Shown here one piece after another: positions 18,820-27,096 of a stretch of 30,131 nucleotides of DNA. A program made the translations under genes and the position numbers. A model generated the notes under the pieces. It was given only the letters and a program-made list of their open reading frames with translations. It had not been told where the DNA came from and did not search any database. Positions within the stretch are counted from its first letter, which is position 1, and each line of letters begins with the position of its first letter. The stretch is from a virus (Duplodnaviria; Caudoviricetes). Where the stretch lies: positions 1 to 30,131 of IMG/VR virus record IMGVR_UViG_3300037423_000274; one strand, 5' to 3'.

Positions 18820-19350
18820 ATGGAAAACGAAAATTGGCTCCCATTAGTCGGATGGGAGGGCGTTTATGAAATATCCGACCTTGGCCGAATCAAGCGCATA
18901 AAAAAGCACAGTCGCTGCAAGACTGGTTTGCTGGCTTGCACGGTGAAGACTAATGGCTACCCCATCGCACACTTGCGAGATGGACCCGAACGGCACGCCC
19001 AGGTATTGCTACATCGCCTCGTGGCTTTGACATTCCTCGGTCCGCCGCCAGATGGTCGCGACCAAGTCAATCACAAGAATGGTGATCGAAGTGACCCGAG
19101 AGCGATCAACCTTGAATGGGTTAGTTGCTCAGAAAATCATGCCCATGCTTACGACGTGCTCAGACGCGCTAAGGTCTCAAACAAAGGAGAGTTGGCTGGT
19201 AGGGCTATACTTTCTGAGTCTGATGTACTGGAAATTAGGCGTCGATATGCTATCGGCGGAGTTTCTCAAAAAACACTCAGCGAAGAATTTGGCGTCAGCC
19301 AAGTTAATATAAGTTGCATTCTTCGCAGAGCCAGTTGGACCCACATCTAA
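18820..19350 (+). CDS. NUMOD4-HNH homing endonuclease with C-terminal helix-turn-helix; antisense insert
   Basis: ENWLPLVGWEGVYEISDLGRIK (NUMOD4), LHRLVALTF...VNHKNGDRSD...NLEWVS.SEN.AH (HNH), SQKTLSEEFGVSQVNIS (HTH); visibly lower GC. Confidence 0.93.
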   Translation: MENENWLPLVGWEGVYEISDLGRIKRIKKHSRCKTGLLACTVKTNGYPIAHLRDGPERHAQVLLHRLVALTFLGPPPDGRDQVNHKNGDRSDPRAINLEWVSCSENHAHAYDVLRRAKVSNKGELAGRAILSESDVLEIRRRYAIGGVSQKTLSEEFGVSQVNISCILRRASWTHI

Positions 19351-19351
19351 G

Positions 19352-19996
19352 TCAGTAGTCCCCGCAATTGATCCAGACCAGCGTGATCACACCCGTGGCT
19401 GTCAGCGTGCCATCCGCATCGATATCGGTATTGGTCTCGAATCCGACGTTGAGCAGCGCATCTTTTGCGGTCGCCGTGCCATCGAATTGCGCAGAGGCGG
19501 CCAACGCGGCGTTTGATGCCGTGTTGAGCGCCGTCGTCGCTGCGGAAAGCGTGACCGCTGTCTTCGGCAGCAAATCGACCATCGTCCCCGACAGGGTGAT
19601 GTTCGATGCGGCGGCCGTGCCCAACGCCCACTTCAGGGCGGCGCTGTCATTGATCGTGGTCGATCGGTCGGTCGTCACGGCCCATTGCAGCGATCCGGTG
19701 ACACCCAGGACAAGAATCCTGCCCTCCGGGAAATCGTAGAGCTGCTTTGAGGCGTAGGCCAGCGCGTCAGTGACCGGCACGGACAACGCGTTGAGCGTGA
19801 AGACGGTCTTGTGAATCACACCGTTTCCATACTCGACGACGGTCAGGCTGGCATCGTTGTTGAATGCTGCCGGCAGCGCGCCGACCCCGGCGGAAGTGGT
19901 CGTCGGAACATCTCCGGAGTCGGCGAGCAGAACCCGCTTACGCTGAGTGATGTTCGCGTTGACGAGCACTTCCGCCTCAACGTAACGGTCAGTCAT
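19352..19996 (-). CDS. Putative second capsid decoration or head-associated protein
   Basis: 214 aa, beta-rich, directly after the cement protein; function inferred from position. Confidence 0.5.
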   Translation of the reverse strand: MTDRYVEAEVLVNANITQRKRVLLADSGDVPTTTSAGVGALPAAFNNDASLTVVEYGNGVIHKTVFTLNALSVPVTDALAYASKQLYDFPEGRILVLGVTGSLQWAVTTDRSTTINDSAALKWALGTAAASNITLSGTMVDLLPKTAVTLSAATTALNTASNAALAASAQFDGTATAKDALLNVGFETNTDIDADGTLTATGVITLVWINCGDY

Positions 19997-19999
19997 GGT

Positions 20000-20422
20000 T
20001 TAGTCCTCGTCTTTCGCGATGAAGGCCATGAAGTTGATACCGGTTGCCACCGTGCCCGCCACCAACGTGTAGATGCGCACGTAGCGGTAGGTGGCGCCGT
20101 TCTGCTCATTGCGGAACGGGACGATGAACCGGCCCGTGCCGGTGGCGGCGTCGGCCGGATCCGTCTTGTTGCCCATCGGGATATTGGCCAGCGTGACCGA
20201 ACCGGAGCTCATTGCCGCCACATTCGAGCCTTCGAGGTGGATGGTGTACTTCTCGTCGCCGGTCGCCACTTCGATCGCCGAGACGTCGATCACCAGATCG
20301 GCATCGACCAGGCCGGCGCCCAGGTCGAGAATCACCGATTCGGTCGTGGTGGATGCGACCAGACCTGCCGCCTTCAGCAGCAGGGCGTTATCGTAAGTGC
20401 GTTGGGAGTAAATGTTTGCCAT
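20000..20422 (-). CDS. Capsid cement/decoration protein (Bbp16-like)
   Basis: 140 aa; D..LL...ILDLG...LEGS...YRYVRIY pattern; directly after the major capsid gene. Confidence 0.7.
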   Translation of the reverse strand: MANIYSQRTYDNALLLKAAGLVASTTTESVILDLGAGLVDADLVIDVSAIEVATGDEKYTIHLEGSNVAAMSSGSVTLANIPMGNKTDPADAATGTGRFIVPFRNEQNGATYRYVRIYTLVAGTVATGINFMAFIAKDED

Positions 20423-20450
20423 GATGTCGAGTCCTTATCGTTGGCGGAAA

Positions 20451-21377
20451 TTAAGCGACGACAGCGGCGTCAGCGATGGACCACAGGCGCGTCACGGCAC
20501 GGCCGTTGAAAACGCCGAAGCCGTTGTACCACTCAACACGGGTGCGGAACACCGGCGCGGTTTGCAGTTCGCCCAGGTCGCGCACGTCGACGCCACCGTT
20601 TTGCAGGCCCAGCACGCCGTCATTGCCGAAGCTCAGGACGTAGATCGAGGTGCCGGTGGCGGTGCCCGAGGTGCAGGCTTCGGTGAACGGCAGGATGGCG
20701 GCGCCGGCGTTGTCGAGGTCGACGGTCAGGATCGGCAGGCCGTTGTACATCTCGACCGGCTTGCCGAAGCCGTCGATGCCCATGGTGATGAAACCGCCGA
20801 CCGTGGTCGAACGCGAGGCCTGGGTGAGGCGCCGCTTCATGGCCTTGCTCATCAGCAGATGCGTCGGATTGAGCGTCTGGTCGATCGCCTCGTCCAGTTT
20901 CGACAGCGACAGCGCGGACCCGTTTGCGGTCGAGCCGGCCGCGATCAGCTGGTTGCCGGTCACGCGCACTTGCAGGCCGTCGAACTCGCGCGGGTCGCTC
21001 TGGTTGTCGCCCTTGATGAACTTCTTCGTCCAGGCCAGCGACAGCGCGCGGATCTTCATCGCCTCGTGCACCGAGCGCTGATTTGCGCCCATGGTGTCGA
21101 TGATGAACTTGTCCACGTCCAGGTCGCCGCCGGCGATCACCAGCGACTCGGTCAGCGGATTCAGGACGCCGGTCGACGCCGTGTACGCTTCATTCACGCC
21201 GCGGAAGCCGATGCCGGGCAGCGAGTCTTCGCGGTTGTACTTGAGTGCATTGCCGGCGATCGTTTCGAACGGCAGCGTTTGCAGGATCGAGGACGAGCCG
21301 GCATACAGTTCGATGATTGCCTGGCGCAGCACGTCGCCAGTTTCCAGTTTCGCTGCTTCGACAAGAGTCAGTGCCAT
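20451..21377 (-). CDS. Major capsid protein (HK97 fold, BPP-1-like group)
   Basis: 308 aa; MALTLVEAAK, LPGIGFRGVNE, GGDLDVDK, PREFDGL, TSIY; SD TAAAGGT. Confidence 0.92.
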   Translation of the reverse strand: MALTLVEAAKLETGDVLRQAIIELYAGSSSILQTLPFETIAGNALKYNREDSLPGIGFRGVNEAYTASTGVLNPLTESLVIAGGDLDVDKFIIDTMGANQRSVHEAMKIRALSLAWTKKFIKGDNQSDPREFDGLQVRVTGNQLIAAGSTANGSALSLSKLDEAIDQTLNPTHLLMSKAMKRRLTQASRSTTVGGFITMGIDGFGKPVEMYNGLPILTVDLDNAGAAILPFTEACTSGTATGTSIYVLSFGNDGVLGLQNGGVDVRDLGELQTAPVFRTRVEWYNGFGVFNGRAVTRLWSIADAAVVA

Positions 21378-21389
21378 GATGTGTTACCT

Positions 21390-22112
21390 TTATTTTTTCG
21401 CCGCCCTTGCTGCTGTCATGCGCTCGGTTGGCGGTAGATGGGATAGATCTTTTGTTTGCTGCCGTGCGGACGAGGTTTGCGCGCCGCTGCCGCTAGCTCC
21501 CGACCCGTCGAAAGCGCGACCGAATACTTCGGACTGGCGCATCTCGCTGACCAGATCCTTGATTGAGAGGAATTCGCCCTTGCCGTTCACGCGCGGGCTG
21601 CCAGTGCTGTCGACGACACGCACGGCGTACTCGCCGTTTTCCTCGATAACCTTCACGGCGCTTCGGATATGCGGCAGCAGCAACTCAGGCACCCCCTTGG
21701 CTGCTGCAATGGCGTTCACGGCGGCGGAATCGACCAGGTGCTTGGCCAATGCCTTGTCCTTGATTTCCAGCGTCGATTTCAGGGCGTTGAGTTCCTGAGC
21801 GTGGGCGTCGTTCATCTGCTTGGCGAGCTTGTCCCACTCACCAGCTTTGGTCAGTCGCTCTTGCTCAGCCCGCGTTTGGGCGTCGACGAGCGCCTGAATT
21901 TCTTCCGGCGTCTTGCCCAGCGCTTTCCATGCTGCGGCCTGCTTGCTGGCCTCGCGGGCGGCGCGGCGCTCAGCCTCCAGCGCGCTTTTCAAGCCCGACG
22001 TGTCTTCGACGCCCGAAACATCGAGCTTGTATTTGTCGCCGTTCTGCACGTACAGCGAACGAAACGATTCGGGTACGTTGTCCAGCGCGTCAACAATCAG
22101 ATCAAGTGCCAT
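21390..22112 (-). CDS. Capsid scaffolding protein
   Basis: 240 aa coiled coil; SLY...YKLDVSG.ED.SGLKSALEAER; C-terminal GSGASGSGA; between portal and capsid. Confidence 0.85.
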   Translation of the reverse strand: MALDLIVDALDNVPESFRSLYVQNGDKYKLDVSGVEDTSGLKSALEAERRAAREASKQAAAWKALGKTPEEIQALVDAQTRAEQERLTKAGEWDKLAKQMNDAHAQELNALKSTLEIKDKALAKHLVDSAAVNAIAAAKGVPELLLPHIRSAVKVIEENGEYAVRVVDSTGSPRVNGKGEFLSIKDLVSEMRQSEVFGRAFDGSGASGSGAQTSSARQQTKDLSHLPPTERMTAARAAKK

Positions 22113-22117
22113 TGCGT

Positions 22118-22186
22118 TATCCCTCTCGGATATGGTGTTGCGGGCATCTCGCCCAAGAAAAAAACCGCCGGCATCACGCGGGCGGC
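22118..22186 (-). promoter_or_regulatory. Three hairpins upstream of the scaffold gene; the first is terminator-like and the last covers the SD
   Basis: GCCGCC-C-GC-GTGAT-GC-C-GGCGG+T7 (22158-22186); GGGC-GAGAT-GCCC (22142-22154); TATCC-GAGAG-GGATA (22118-22132). Confidence 0.65.
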
Positions 22187-22207
22187 TTCAAAAACGAAAG
22201 CGGTAAA

Positions 22208-23605
22208 TCACATGCCAGGAGTCGGCGCTTCAAAGCTGCCGGCGACACCGGCCGGCGGCCCTTCTTTCTTCAGTCGATCAGCTTCTTTGAGCCACTGCAG
22301 TTCTTCCGAGATCACCTTGCGGCGCTGCAGTTCGTTGAACACGGTCTCTGCACTCAGGATGCCGAGCTCGCGGCAACGCAGGAGCGTCGTCTCGTCGAGC
22401 GTATCCATCCAGCCGCCGAAATCGTCGTTGATCTCGATGGAGCCGCCCCCTTCCAGGCCTTCCCACTTCGCCATGAAGTCGAGCGCCTGCTCGATCGCGT
22501 CTTCAGCGTTCAGTACGACGGCAGACAGTGCGCAGTCCGATTCGGCGGTATCGATCGCCTTCTCGGTCGCGGTGCGGCTGCCGGGCTTGTGCATCAGCAT
22601 CTGCGCGCCCATGATGGACATGCGATCTTCCAGATCCTTAAGCGATTGACGACCCGCATCGATGGCGGCGCCCGTGTGCTCGACGTACTGCAGCTTCGCG
22701 TCTGGATTGGATGCGACTACAGCCGTGTTCGCACCTATGGTCAGCGCACCGTCCTCAAAGCCGGCGGCAAACAGGATCGGCACGCGCGCAACGTGCAAAA
22801 TGTTGTTCTGGTCCGACGACGACTGCCAGTGCTCGATGTTCAGGTAAGCCAGGTCGAGCAGCGGCGGGCGTGCGGTCATGAAGCCCGTGCGGTCGCCGTA
22901 GATCGTCGCGAGCGGGATTTCGCCGAGAGATACCGTGCCCTCAGCGTACAGAACCCATTCTTCCTTCTCGTTCTGACGATAGATGCGGAAGTTGTCGCGT
23001 TCCAGCACGCGAATCTGCGGGATGATCTTGACGCCCCACTCGCCATCTTCCTCGCGCGCGGACTCCATGATGCGGATCTGCGTGAGCGTCTCGACGCCGT
23101 TGATGCGCTCCGACTTCCAGCCAAGCATGTTTTTCGGGTGGATCGCCACGAAATACGGGCGCGCGCCGGACTTGCGTTGATCTTCCAGCGTGCCAGCAGG
23201 CGTAGGCGGGTAATCGACGAGAATGTGCATCAGGCCGTACGAAAGCGCCGTCTGGATAGCGCTGTGCGCAAACGCCTGCAGGTTGCGGCCTTCCAGGTCG
23301 ATGTCCTTCGTGTACTCGACGATTGCCGGCGGCACGTCGTCGTTCAGCTGCAGCGGCTCGGAGAACGGCTTGCCGGCCAGCGTCTCGACCGTGCGGCGAA
23401 AGCCATTGAACAGCGTCGACGTCTGCAGCCGGTACTTGTAGGCCGCGTCCGATTCGGCCGGCGCCTGCGGCAGATATTCCTTGCCCGCGGCGCGCATGGC
23501 CGAAGTCCCGCCCAGCAGCGCGGTGATCAGGGGCCATTCCTGGTCCATTGCCTCGACTTCGGGCGATGGCGTAGCCGGCGTGGCCTGCTGTGCTGGGTTG
23601 GTCAT
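22208..23605 (-). CDS. Portal protein (DUF4055 type)
   Basis: 465 aa after terL; LLGGTSAMRAAG..YLP...ES...Y..RL, PPLLDLAYLNIEHWQSSSDQ..ILH.ARVP. Confidence 0.92.
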   Translation of the reverse strand: MTNPAQQATPATPSPEVEAMDQEWPLITALLGGTSAMRAAGKEYLPQAPAESDAAYKYRLQTSTLFNGFRRTVETLAGKPFSEPLQLNDDVPPAIVEYTKDIDLEGRNLQAFAHSAIQTALSYGLMHILVDYPPTPAGTLEDQRKSGARPYFVAIHPKNMLGWKSERINGVETLTQIRIMESAREEDGEWGVKIIPQIRVLERDNFRIYRQNEKEEWVLYAEGTVSLGEIPLATIYGDRTGFMTARPPLLDLAYLNIEHWQSSSDQNNILHVARVPILFAAGFEDGALTIGANTAVVASNPDAKLQYVEHTGAAIDAGRQSLKDLEDRMSIMGAQMLMHKPGSRTATEKAIDTAESDCALSAVVLNAEDAIEQALDFMAKWEGLEGGGSIEINDDFGGWMDTLDETTLLRCRELGILSAETVFNELQRRKVISEELQWLKEADRLKKEGPPAGVAGSFEAPTPGM

Positions 23606-23623
23606 GTGACGTGCTTCCTTCGT

Positions 23624-24877
23624 TTAGATGCGCAGCTCGGTAATGCCTGCGCTGCGCTTCAAAATCGGGTACTTGTAGACGATGAAATATCCGGATGCGT
23701 CTAGCACGTGGTCCAGGCCGCCAGATTTATCCGGCTCGCCATTCTTGTCGTAAGCCTGCTTTTCGAGCGATTCGACCAAGTGCGGGCACGCATCGACGTT
23801 CACTCGGAAACGGCGCATGCCTTCGCTGTGGATCATCCTGTTGTAACTCAGCACACGATCCTTCACAGCTGGATTACGACTGTTCACGCAGACTTGGAAC
23901 CCTGCTTGCCTCAAGATTGCGAGGTCAGATTCGCTCGCATTGTTCGACTTGCGTGAATTCCCGGAAGCGTCCGGGTAGACCAAAATGCTATGACCGCGCT
24001 CCTTGTACCGCTCGCGGATCAACGCAGACATCGCCGGCGTGTCCAGCACCCCTACATGCTCCATCACCGCATGAGGATCACCGTCGCGAAGCACAAACAA
24101 CACCGCAGCCATCTTCCCGACGTTGAAGTCGAGGCCTACATGTAGCGTCTCACCAGCGTGGATCGTTTCGGTCGTTGCGTTTCGCGCGCGATCGAACTCT
24201 GGATAGACGCTCCCTGAAGTCAGGTTGACGAACTCGCCATCAAGGTACGCAGCCAGAAGATTGCTCGGATAGCTCGCGCGCAAGCTGTCGATGTAACCGG
24301 CCGGAAGATTGCGCTGATTGCTGTATGTGCTTGCGCGAATCAGTCGATACCCGGTCGCCGGATTCTTCCTCCAGCGCTCGTAGACGAAGCGAAAGCCCTC
24401 AGGCGTCGTCGCTACACCCACCGTGTTCAGAGCACCATCCGGTTTTTTCTGCCGGTTTCGGCTAATGATCTTGTTCCAAACCTCGCGCGCCTGCTCCTGC
24501 TTGAGCGTGTCAAGCTCGTCGACCAGGCTATCAGCCACCTCATAGCCGACAATGCGCTCCGGCGTGTCCATCGTGCGAAAGATGATTTCGCCGGCATTCT
24601 CCAGTTCGATCACCGCATTTGACTTATTTAGTCGATACGGCACGCGATGCTCTTCCAGCATCTCGGAGAAACGAGGGAACCCGATGTTTCGCACCAAGTC
24701 GAACGTCGGCAGGTAATACGCGATGTTCTGGCCAGGGTAGGCAAGTTTCTTCGTCAGCGCACGCGCAACTGCCGCATGAGTCTTGCCACTACCGAATCCA
24801 GCAACGAACGCTGGGAACTGGTCAAGGCAGGTGACGAACTCAAACTGCGGCTCACTCAGTCGGATCTGCGTCGCCAT
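23624..24877 (-). CDS. terL: Terminase large subunit
   Basis: Walker A GFGSGKT, Walker B LVDE, coupling motif TTPEG, nuclease motifs GLDFN and DHVLDA. Confidence 0.96.
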   Translation of the reverse strand: MATQIRLSEPQFEFVTCLDQFPAFVAGFGSGKTHAAVARALTKKLAYPGQNIAYYLPTFDLVRNIGFPRFSEMLEEHRVPYRLNKSNAVIELENAGEIIFRTMDTPERIVGYEVADSLVDELDTLKQEQAREVWNKIISRNRQKKPDGALNTVGVATTPEGFRFVYERWRKNPATGYRLIRASTYSNQRNLPAGYIDSLRASYPSNLLAAYLDGEFVNLTSGSVYPEFDRARNATTETIHAGETLHVGLDFNVGKMAAVLFVLRDGDPHAVMEHVGVLDTPAMSALIRERYKERGHSILVYPDASGNSRKSNNASESDLAILRQAGFQVCVNSRNPAVKDRVLSYNRMIHSEGMRRFRVNVDACPHLVESLEKQAYDKNGEPDKSGGLDHVLDASGYFIVYKYPILKRSAGITELRI

Positions 24878-25553
24878 ACTTCATGATTTGAATGACCGGC
24901 GGACCTAGCTGCAAAGGCGCTCCGTCCTTGCCGGTCAGCTCGGTACGGTCCTTGAACATGCCCAGGTGGCGCGCAACCTTTTCCAGCGCCGCCATCTGGT
25001 CGTGCATCTTGACCTCAAGGCCGTCTTTGCCGAGCTTCACGCCGGCGTACATCAGCCTGGCGCCGCCCTTCAGGTTGCGCGTGTCCTGCACGTGCATCGA
25101 GCCCTTGCCCTCGCCCTTACATTCAGGGCATTCAGGGTTGGCCGCCTTCAGCCTGTCGAAGCCGAAACCACCTTCGCAGGTCGGCTCCGCGTTGTTCTTC
25201 TTTGCTGCCTCGATCTTGGCGGCCTCGAATTCTGCTTCGGTCCACTGGTAGAAGTGATCGATGCCCCAGCAGTGACGGCAACAGTTGCGGCGGTACTGGA
25301 CGAGATCGTTCGCGTCAGCGGTAGCGATCTGCCACAGGCGCTGTAGCACCATGTCCTGCGTGATCTCGGTGCGCGCTTCACGTGCCTGCATTGCACCTTC
25401 GATCGCGGCCGTTATCCTAGTTTTACCTAGTAGCTCCGGCCCAATCTTCCCGGCATTGCGCTCGCTATACCCGGCGCGGATCGCTGCCTGGGTTGCGTTC
25501 AAGTCGATCAGATACTCATCGACGAAGCGCTGCTGTTTGGGGGTGAGGGCCAT
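24852..25553 (-). CDS. terS: Terminase small subunit with an inserted Cys-rich (zinc-binding) segment
   Basis: LTPKQQRFVDEYLIDLNATQAAIRAGYS; CCRHC and CPECKGEG; ALEKVARHLGMF. Confidence 0.95.
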   Translation of the reverse strand: MALTPKQQRFVDEYLIDLNATQAAIRAGYSERNAGKIGPELLGKTRITAAIEGAMQAREARTEITQDMVLQRLWQIATADANDLVQYRRNCCRHCWGIDHFYQWTEAEFEAAKIEAAKKNNAEPTCEGGFGFDRLKAANPECPECKGEGKGSMHVQDTRNLKGGARLMYAGVKLGKDGLEVKMHDQMAALEKVARHLGMFKDRTELTGKDGAPLQLGPPVIQIMKYGDADPTE

Positions 25554-25617
25554 GGTGTCGGGTTAGCGACTCCTTGTATGAGAGAACCAAAAAACATTCA
25601 ACATACTTGAAGATTTC

Positions 25618-25647
25618 GCTTGAATTTATTAAAGCAAGGTGTATTAT
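25618..25647 (+). promoter_or_regulatory. Putative sigma70 promoter with an overlapping palindromic operator
   Basis: TTGAAT (25620-25625), 16 nt, TATTAT (25642-25647); palindrome GCTTnAATnnATTnAAGC at 25618-25635. Confidence 0.55.
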
Positions 25648-25688
25648 GAACTTATCGAAGCAGCATTCACTCACTCAAGGAGAACGCC

Positions 25689-25997
25689 ATGATCACCAAG
25701 TCCAAGCAAGCATGGGAAGTCGGCCAAACTGTCAAAGTCGGCTTCCTGTCGGGTCTCGTCGTCATGGCGAAGATCGCAACCCCGGGCGACTACGCTCCCG
25801 ATGCGTACATCCTGCGTCGCAACGAGCAGCTGTATAAGTTCGTGCCGCACAACGGCTTGGAGAAGGTCTCCATCAACGAGGCGCGCGATCTGATGGCTAA
25901 GGCCAAGGCATATGCCGAGCGCTGCGCCTCTGCTGCTTTGGCCAAGGCATCTGACAGCGCCCGCAAAAGCTCCGAAATCAACAACCTGTTCGCTTGA
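25689..25997 (+). CDS. Hypothetical protein (antisense insert)
   Basis: 102 aa; SD AAGGAG at 25677-25682; has its own promoter candidate. Confidence 0.8.
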   Translation: MITKSKQAWEVGQTVKVGFLSGLVVMAKIATPGDYAPDAYILRRNEQLYKFVPHNGLEKVSINEARDLMAKAKAYAERCASAALAKASDSARKSSEINNLFA

Positions 25998-26018
25998 ACA
26001 ACTCAACGCAATCGACCT

Positions 26019-26222
26019 ATGAAACCGACCGAATTGATTTCCGCGATCAAGGCGCTGCACTGGACTCAGGCGGAGCTTGCGCGCCGCACCGGGATCAGTG
26101 CCCAATCCGTGAATGCCTGGGCTACCGGTAGCACACCCGTTCCGCCCTGGCTTCCCGCTTATCTCGGGGCGCTCCTCGCACTGCGCGATGCGGCGATTTC
26201 GTGCGGCGCCTGCAAAGGTTGA
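26019..26222 (+). CDS. XRE/Cro-family helix-turn-helix protein
   Basis: WTQAELARRTGISAQSVNAWATG...VP. Confidence 0.88.
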   Translation: MKPTELISAIKALHWTQAELARRTGISAQSVNAWATGSTPVPPWLPAYLGALLALRDAAISCGACKG

Positions 26223-26393
26223 ATGCCAGCCCGAGCTGACATTAAAGTTTCTTGTAAATCAGCCCCGCCTGCGACGGTCAGACCTGCGATCCAGCTGCAG
26301 GGGAGAACCATTCCGCCCTTTGCTCATCGGAGCTTGCACCCGTTATTCGAATCACCGCCACTGGGAGTGCGCTGGCGGTCCCGCATGTGTTCG

Positions 26394-26669
26394 TTACTGC
26401 GCGAGCTCTCGCTCAAGCGCCCGCATCAAGCGACGTATCTGGCCGCGCTTCACTCTGCGCGCCAGTTGCACGTTCCCTACTTCGAAGATGCCGCTCTTGT
26501 CGATGCGCTCCAGGCGCAGGCGGTCGTCGCCCGTGCCGCGGTGCTCGTCGAGGATGTTCACCCCCCACACGTCGAGCCATTGCTTGAACGTCAGCGTGTA
26601 GCCGATGCCGCGCCTATCCGCGTTCGCCTTGTTCCTCTCGTAGAGGGCGAACAGGTTATCGAAGTCCAT
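26394..26669 (-). CDS. Hypothetical protein, possibly a degenerate HNH-like nuclease
   Basis: NADRRGI..TLTF.QWL..W...LERIDKSG.FEVGNV resembles the 'DRID..GY..GNV' beta-beta-alpha nuclease pattern; no clear catalytic His. Confidence 0.55.
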   Translation of the reverse strand: MDFDNLFALYERNKANADRRGIGYTLTFKQWLDVWGVNILDEHRGTGDDRLRLERIDKSGIFEVGNVQLARRVKRGQIRRLMRALERELAQ

Positions 26670-26674
26670 GTCGA

Positions 26675-27007
26675 CTACTTCTTCTGGCGAATCAGCATGG
26701 CGGTCGAATGCGGGACCAGCTGCGCGAGTTCAGGCAGGCTGTCCCACCTCTTGCCGTAGCCGAGTGCGAGCAGGAACGCGTGCGCCTGTTCGGCCTCGAC
26801 TAGCCGCTCACAGATGCGATCCAGAGCCACCGGATATTCGACGGCGGCACGGCTCTTTCCGGTAACGGAATATGTGATATGGCAGCGGTAAGCGTCAGCG
26901 GAACCGCCTGTGAAGTGCGGCTTCGATATGCGAAGCGCGATGCGGTCCCGCTCCAGTTGGATGAGAACCATCAGCCACGCACGCTCCGCTTCCACGGTGA
27001 TGTGCAT
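26675..27007 (-). CDS. Hypothetical protein
   Basis: 110 aa; SD GAGG; co-oriented with the late operon. Confidence 0.6.
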   Translation of the reverse strand: MHITVEAERAWLMVLIQLERDRIALRISKPHFTGGSADAYRCHITYSVTGKSRAAVEYPVALDRICERLVEAEQAHAFLLALGYGKRWDSLPELAQLVPHSTAMLIRQKK

Positions 27008-27023
27008 GGCGTGCCTCGCGAGT

Positions 27024-27060
27024 AAAAAAATGCCGCCGTCGCATTGCTGCGGCAGGCGGC
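27024..27060 (-). terminator. Rho-independent terminator
   Basis: Minus strand GCCGCC...CGCA-GCAA-TGCG...GGCGGC-A followed by T7. Confidence 0.7.
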
Positions 27061-27096
27061 GAATCCAGAACCAGGGAGGTTTTGGAGGAGACTCAG

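Noticed and set aside
18820-19350. Group I intron or intein around the HNH gene
   Set aside because: The gene is intergenic and antisense, and both neighbours are intact with their own starts and stops.
2296-23704. Many long plus-strand ORFs (for example 21929..23704, 13163..14398, 17386..18489, 14650..15729, 5653..6705)
   Set aside because: They are antisense shadows of GC-rich minus-strand genes, with no recognisable motifs or SD sequences.
25574-26105. ORFs 25574..25837 (+) and 25671..26105 (-)
   Set aside because: They overlap the better-supported promoter, SD and genes of the two-gene cassette.
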